A stretch of DNA of 64,000 nt from Chrysemys picta bellii (lineage: Eukaryota), in the NCBI RefSeq assembly GCF_011386835.1, contig NC_088791.1, positions 350,796,001 to 350,860,000 of the forward strand, written 5' to 3'. A program made the position numbers and the translations under genes. Under the pieces are notes generated by a model. That model worked only from the letters and a program-made list of their open reading frames with translations, was not told the DNA's origin and searched no databases. Positions within the stretch are counted from its first letter, which is position 1, and each line of letters opens with the position of its first letter. Of this stretch, positions 57,144-64,000 are shown piece after piece.

Positions 57144-58314
57144 CATAGAATCATAGAATATCAGGGTGGAAGGGGCCTCAGGAGGTCATCTTGTCCAACC
57201 CCCTGCTCAAAGCAGGACCAATCCCAACTAAATGATCACAGCCAGGGCTTTGTCAAGCCTGACCTTAAAAACCTCTAAGGAAGGAGACTCCACCACCTCC
57301 CTAGGTAACACATTCCAGTGCTTCACCACCCTCCTAGTGAAAATGTTTTCCCAAATATCCAACCTAAACCTCCCGCACTGCAACTTGAGACCATTACTCC
57401 TTCTTCTGTCATCTAGTACCACTGAGAACAGTCTAGATCCATCCTCTTTAGAACCCCCTTTCAGGTAGTTGAAAGCAGCTATCAAATCCCCCCCTCTTTC
57501 TTCTCTTCTGCTGACTAAATAATCCCAGGTCCCTCAGCCTATATTCATAAGTCATGTGCTCCAGCCCCCTAATCATTTTTGTGCCCTCCACTGCACTTTT
57601 TCCATTTTTCTACATCCTTCTTGTGTGCGGGGCCCAAAAATGGACACAGTACTCCAGATGAGGCCTCACCAATGCCAAAGAGAGGGGAATGATCATGTCC
57701 GACAATCTGCTGGCAATGCTCCTACTTATACAGCCCAAAATGCCGTTAAGCTTCTTGGCAACAAGGGCGCACTGTTGACTCATATCCAGCTTCTCCTCCA
57801 CTGTAACCCGAGGTCCTCTTCTGTAGAACTGCTGCCTAGTCATTCAGTCCCTAGTCTGTAGCAGTGCATGGGATTCTTCCCTCCTAAGTGCAGGACTCTG
57901 CACTTGTCCTCATTGAACCTCATCAGATTTCTTTTGGCCCAATCCTCTAATTTATCTAGGTCCCTCTGAATCCTATCCCTATCGTCAGCTTATCTACCAC
58001 TCCTCCCAGTTTAGTGTCATCTGCAAACTTGCTGAGAGTGCAGTCCACGCCATCCATATCATTAATGAAGATATTGTACAAAAACGGCCCCAGGACCAAC
58101 CCTTGGGGTACTCCACTTGATATCAGCTGCCAACTAGACATGGAGCCATTGGTCACTACCCGTTTAGACCCATGATCTAGCCAGCTTTTTATCCACATTA
58201 TAGTCCATTCATCTAGCCCGTACTTCTTTAACTTGCTGGCAAGAATACTGTGGGAGACCGTATCAAAAGTTTTGCTAAAGTCAAGGAATAACACGTCCAC
58301 TTCTTTCCCCTCAT
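57144..58314 (-). mobile_element. Younger 5'-truncated CR1, B3-specific
   Basis: Tail catagaatcatagaat at 57144. Minus ORFs read [20 protein letters not shown] and are closely similar to the 16880-18041 sequence. Confidence 0.92.
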
Positions 58315-61300
58315 TACCAGCAAGGAACTCAGGACTCAAGAAAACCCTAGTTTTCTTGCTAATCAACTATAATTTTTAAATATGCACAAATGCACAGAGC
58401 AGCCAATTCCTCCCTGACTCAGCACAGAGCCCAAGTGTTCTCATCTCCCTTGGGATGATCCCTTAATTACTGTTTACTGCTAAAGCTGGATAAACAGCAC
58501 AGAGGTGCAGAGAGGCTTGTGTCCAGCCTGTAAACATCCAGATGCCTCTTCTCCCCTAGATGCTGAGTGAACCCCACTGGGATTGCACAGAGCTGTAATA
58601 TAACCAGTGCACATCCTGGTGTCAGTTCTCAGTGTGCAATGTTGCTGCAGATGCTGGAGTGAGAGAGATGTGGGACACGACTATCTGAGGGGGATTCCCA
58701 GGGAAGACACGTCTGTCTCAGAATTCACAGCTACCCATCTCTTGCTGAGGAGCTCACCTCCTTGACAAACCCAGTGAAACATGGGCATGATGAGAGAGAG
58801 TGTAAGTCTGTGGTCCTTTCCACTCTGCACAGCCATTAAACATACCTGGGCCCTTGCCACAGGACATGAGCTTGCTCCAGTATCAGGGGCCAGAATGTCC
58901 CTCTTTGCTGTGTCCCCATGGCTGATAGCCTCCAGCCCAAATCTGGCTGCATTTCAGTGGCACAGGGGATCCTTCACGATGAAAGGTGTTAATGGATGTG
59001 TGATACAAGGCCAAATTCTGAGGCTATTGCCTGCAGTTTGCTCAGGCGCCACTGAATCAAAACTCCCCTTGGAGTAAGAACTGAGTAAAGACCTCAGGAG
59101 CCAACAGTGTGTTAATGCACAGCCACTATCCTCCTTTTAAATTTCAGGGCTTTGGTAGTTAATGGGTGCATGGGTGGGGGGGCTCTCACCTGACTTTTTA
59201 TCTGCTGGAAAGCATGGAGGTGCTCCGGATCTTCACTGGAACAATTATAAGAATTTTTTTAACATAGTCAAGACATCTTCTCTTCTAACTTAATTCAAGA
59301 AGTTGGCTGTATTGTTCTGCTTAAATATTTTTCAAAAACAAAACAAAAAAAAAACAATTCAGCCAGATGTAGACACCCAGCATGGGACATTTCTGTCCAA
59401 ATGATTAAAATTGGCAAACTTATAAGGAATAGAAATGAGGTCTCCTAACTGAAGATGTCAGACAACCTTAACTAAAGTTGGTGCAATCAGCACGACCCCC
59501 AATGGCCAATCCATTTGTGAATCCCATCCAGCTAAGCTCGTCTTTCCAATAATGATGGTGGCAAGAAGTTCCACAGGATAACTATGGATTATGTAAACAA
59601 TTTCCTTTTCTCAATGTTATATGTTCAGACTTTCAATGTAATTCCAGGTTCCCTTGTTTGTGTAGTATGATATACAGTAAATATGAATGCCTGATCTACT
59701 TTCTTCATTGATAGATTCTTAGGGTTTCAGGTCAGAAGAGACTATAAGAACATCCAGTCTGACCTCCTGTATAACACAGGCCATTACGTTTCATCCAGTT
59801 GCCCCTGTATTGAGCTCCACGGCTTGTGTTTGACTAAGACCTGGTCTACACTAGGATTTTACATTATGAACTCATAGAGCCATAGGGTTTGAAGGGACCA
59901 CAAGGGTCATCTAATCTGACCCCTGCCAAGATGCAGAATTTGTTCTATCTTAGTCATGCCAGACAGATAGTTATCCACCTCCTTTGGAAAACCTCCAGTG
60001 AAGGAGATCGAATGTCCTTCCCAGGCATCTGTTCTATTTCCTACTGTTCTTACGTTAGGAAGTTCTTCCTGCGATTTCACCTAAATCTGCTATACTGTAA
60101 TTTGAACCCATTGCCTCTTTTCCTTTCCTTTGCAACAAGAGCGAACAACTTTCCTGAACCTTTTTATGTAAGCTATTTAAGTATTTAAACATTGCTATTG
60201 TGTCCTCTCTCAATCCACTCTTTTAGAAACTAAACATATCCGGTTTCTTCAGCTTGCTCATATGGCTTGTACTCCCTCCCTTTCATCATCTTTGTCACTT
60301 GCCTCTGGATCCTGAATAGTTACTCTACATCCTTTGTATACAGCAGTGACCAAAACTGGCCACAGTACTCCCGATGAGGACAAACGAGCAGAGTGGTAAA
60401 ATCACCTCTTGTGACTTGCATGCTATGCCTCTGATAATGCAACTTAACATTGCATTTTCATTTTTCAAAAAAGAAAAAACAATCCACACCCATGAGAGAT
60501 GCAGCTATATCAAACTAAGCCCAGTGTGGACAGCATGAGATCAATAGAAGAATTCTTCCATCTACCTAGCTACCACCTCTCAGGCAGGTGGATCACCTAT
60601 GCTGATGGGAGAACTCCTGCCATCGGGGAAATTAGTGTCTACAATGAAGTGCTACAGCAGCACCACTGTAGTGCTTTCAGTGTGGAGAAGCCCTAAAGTA
60701 GATTTTCCAGAAAAGCATTCAGGCTGTAGACGATGGGGAGTTGGAGAATCCACCACTTCCATTTGCAGTGTGTTCCAACAATTAATCATCTTCAGTGCTA
60801 AGCCTTTGGCCCTTATTTCCAACTGGACTTTTCCTGGCTTCAGCTTCCAGCCATTGGGTCTTGCTCTTTCTTTCTCTGCTAGATTTCAGAGCCCCTTAGT
60901 ACACAGGGCTTTCTCCCTTCTCCAAATCATTGATGAAAATATTGAATAACATCAGGCCTAAAACTGATCCTTGCAGATCACCACAAGAAACCCCTCCATT
61001 CACTGACAATGACCCACTGCTAACTGCCTTCTGAGATCTGAAAGTTATTCAGTTTTTAGTCTCATTGAACATGTACTCCACTGCTATTGCATTGTGTTCA
61101 TGTTTTATCTGCATGTTTTCCCCTACTAAATCCAATTCTATTGTATCTGCATCATTCCATTGATCAACCAAACATGTACTCTCATTAAATGATGAAATCG
61201 GGTTTATTTTTCTTTTCAATCAAGTTGATGGAAAACCTGTTTTCCAGAAATCATGGTGTTGTCTGGCATTAATTATATTTCTTGGGGGTTTTTTCCCACT

Positions 61301-62487
61301 TATCCCATATCAGGATTGTGGAAGCAGAGAAAGAAATGATAGGAAGGGGGATGCAATGCATGACAGTTTTTTCTTTACTTCCACAGGATTTATTCCATTT
61401 TTTTCTCACCTTGTCAAATATTTGTAATAAACTTTCCCTTTATTTTGTTATAGTTTACATTTAACCCAGAACTGTTCTCTATTTGCCACTATTTATTTAT
61501 TTTTTGGGGGAGCTCTGCTGTTGCCTGATTGCATGCATCCGGTTCTGAATGAGGTGTGTGGTTGATCTGAGGGTTTGTAATTCATGTTCATAATTCTAAT
61601 GTACTACTGTTGATGATGTTTAAAATCCTCCTTGACTGCTAATGCACTGGAAAGTATTTCATCACGTCAGGTGACAGGAGCACTTGATACTGCTTTGGAA
61701 CAAAAATATTTCTTGAACACATCTACTTTTTCTGCAACGTTAACAAGTTTCCTTTCTCTTTTGTCCAAAGTTCTCTGCTTTCTTGAAGTGGAATCTTGGT
61801 TTTGTAGCTAGTTAATAATCTCTTCTTAGGGAAGTCCCAATTTTCATTCCCATTTTGTTTGGTCTAAATGTTTCCTTTATCTTTATTTTTATCTTTATCT
61901 TTGTTTTGGCCACTACTGCAAATGAGCAGGTGTTTTCACAGAGCTGCTAACAGTGAGGTCCAGGTATTTTCCCTGGGATGTGTTCTAATTGGGAAATGTC
62001 CTCCTAGCACCTGTCTTGGCAAAGGTTTGGGTATTTTCCACTCTCACATTTTGAACAACCAGGTGCATGGGGAAGTTTCTAGCCTGGCTTTCATTGCATT
62101 ACGGAACAATGATGGATAACCAGAATCCACACTTGTATTTCCTGCTGGTGCCTTTTCAGGTTTTCCTCAACACATCATGTAGGAATTACTGATGGATGGA
62201 GCACCATAAAAATGGAATTGGCATTAGTAGGAATAAAATTTTTCTTAATTCATTAATCTCAAAAATAAAAATGGCATTTTTCCGTGTGTAAAGCAATCTG
62301 TTTCACCCATGAGACCATCCTCCAGTTGTGCATGTAGTGTCCCATATTAACATTATCTCTCTATCCAGGCATTTGTACTGCGACCTTCATCCTAGACCCA
62401 GGGCACCTACAGGAAGGCAGGGGAATATATGGTACATGTAGGAGACACTGATCTGCCGCAGAGTTGGACACCTTCTCCCCCTACTCC

Positions 62488-63435
62488 ATGCCAGATTCCA
62501 GCACAACCAACTTCACCAACCCCTCCACCTTCATCTTGCTGGGCATTCCTGGCCTGGAGACAGCCCATGTCTGGATCTCCATCCCCTTCTGCACCATGTA
62601 TGTCATAGCCATCTTGGGGAACTTCATCCTCCTGTTTGTCGTGAAGAGGGAGCCGAGCCTCCATGGCCCCATGTACTATTTCCTCTGCATGCTGGCTGTC
62701 ACTGACCTCGTCCTGTGCACATGCACAATTCCCAAAATGCTGAGCATCTTCTGGTTCAATTCCAGGGAGATAGATTTCAATGCCTGCCTCACACAGATAT
62801 ACTTCATTCCCTGCTTCTTTGGAATGCAGTCTGGGATCTTCATGGCCATGGCTTTTGATCGCTACGTGGCCATCTGCGATCCACTGAGACATTCCACCAC
62901 CCTGACAAACCCTGTGGTGGCCAAGATCGGCTTGGCTGTGGCTTTGCGTGGTGGCGTGCTCACACTGCCCAGTCCCTTGATAGCAAGGCAGTGGCCATAT
63001 TGCAGAACCAACATCATCCCCCACACATGCTGTGATCACATGGCCGTTGTGAATCTGGCCTGTGCTGACATCCGCATCAGTAGTTACTACGGCCTCATTG
63101 TGGGAAACTTGGTCATCACTGTAGATGTGTTTTTTATCGCCGTGTCCTATACCAAGATCCTCAGGGCCATCTTCAGACTCCCCACAAAGGACACCCGGCT
63201 CAAGACTTTTGGGACCTGTGGCTCCCACCTCTGTGCTATTTTAGCCTTTTACATCCCAGCACTCTTCTCTATGTTCACTTATCGGTTTGGCCACCATGTG
63301 GCCCTGCATTTCCACGTTCTCTTTGCTAACGTGTGCCTCCTGGTGCCCCCCATGCTAAACCCCATCATTTTCGGTGTGAGGACCAAACAGATCCGGGACA
63401 GGCTGCTCCGGCTCTTAACTCAGAAAGGGACCTAA
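62488..63435 (+). CDS. Class I olfactory receptor, family 52-like, intact ORF, 315 aa (copy B3), with atypical TM3
   Basis: ATG at 62488 (the track start 62464 is a TTG); NFT sequon; standard motifs, but TM3 reads QIYFIPCFFGMQSG. Confidence 0.93.
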   Translation: MPDSSTTNFTNPSTFILLGIPGLETAHVWISIPFCTMYVIAILGNFILLFVVKREPSLHGPMYYFLCMLAVTDLVLCTCTIPKMLSIFWFNSREIDFNACLTQIYFIPCFFGMQSGIFMAMAFDRYVAICDPLRHSTTLTNPVVAKIGLAVALRGGVLTLPSPLIARQWPYCRTNIIPHTCCDHMAVVNLACADIRISSYYGLIVGNLVITVDVFFIAVSYTKILRAIFRLPTKDTRLKTFGTCGSHLCAILAFYIPALFSMFTYRFGHHVALHFHVLFANVCLLVPPMLNPIIFGVRTKQIRDRLLRLLTQKGT

Positions 63436-64000
63436 TGTTTTCTCCGAGTGCTCTTGTTCTCAGACCGAGTTCTGCGCAGAGCTGGCTTGTGACCTGGTGC
63501 TTGGCCCTGTTCCCTGGATCACATACTGGACAGTCAGGGAGATATTAAACGCTTTCTTGACCTTACTGTGCTGTTTTAGTGTAACAATTGGGGAATTATT
63601 CTGTGTACAACTCACTGTGTTGACAGCTTTCAAATTGCTGGTAACTTGACCCCAAGGGCCCACCTCTTGCCCCACCTCTTCCACCAAGGCCCTGCCCTTG
63701 CTCTGCCTCTTCTCCCCCAAAGGCCGTGTCCCTGTCACTTGCTCCTCCTGTCCCCCTATCACTCATTGGATCATCTCCATGTCCCTCCCCCCGCTGCAAG
63801 GGCACCATTTCAGATTTTGGGAGGGGTAATAACTTTATCCATGATTCAAGGGGCTACTTAGACACTCAAAACTCTACATTTTTGGGGAGATAACTTGGCA
63901 AATAGCTGACAGGAGCACTGTATCTAATTCCTATATAAAAGAAAGAAAAATAAATAAATATTAGACCCACCCAGCTCTGGTACTAACATACTCTGACATC

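Larger units (their letters stand above)
53800..64000 (+). repeat. Segmental duplication unit B3 (runs off the window)
   Basis: Same module order as B1 and B2. Confidence 0.88.

Noticed and set aside
62407-63228. 273-aa minus-strand ORF, and similar antisense ORFs over every OR gene (e.g. 906-1289, 21990-22412, 36294-36824, 50102-50527)
   Set aside because: Shadow ORFs of stop-poor OR coding sequence. They start and stop at different places in the paralogs and have no recognisable domain.
1-64000. CRISPR arrays, operons, prophage or other prokaryotic systems
   Set aside because: No regularly spaced repeat-spacer arrays or bacterial gene organisation. The sequence is vertebrate, with low coding density and abundant retroelements.

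Overview
Vertebrate (almost certainly turtle) genomic DNA, not prokaryotic. It is part of a class I olfactory receptor cluster with five intact single-coding-exon OR genes on the + strand: two OR51-like (973, 36304) and three OR52-like (21987, 49976, 62488). They sit in tandem segmental duplications ordered A1-B1-A2-B2-B3, with a gene-less relic of a further unit at about 8950-9910. Most intergenic sequence is transposon-derived. It includes a near-full-length CR1 LINE (13684-18041), many CR1 fragments, an L1/Tx1-type RT fragment, Penelope-like elements with GIY-YIG remnants and minimal hammerhead ribozyme motifs, solo LTRs with clean TSDs, a Gypsy (Gmr1/SCAN-like) gag remnant, hAT and Harbinger-like MITEs, and tRNA-derived turtle Pol III/SINE pieces. 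The turtle assignment is inferred from these repeat families and was not database-checked. I find no wholly new multi-gene system. The most notable signals are: intact hammerhead cores in two Penelope termini; an OR52 sub-clade that has lost both conserved TM7 tyrosines (NPxxY to NPIIF, Y7.41C); a TATA-primed repeat at the CR1 5' end; and a mosaic duplication history with repeated independent insertions at the same paralogous sites. All alignments were done by eye, so repeat boundaries are approximate unless a TSD is quoted.
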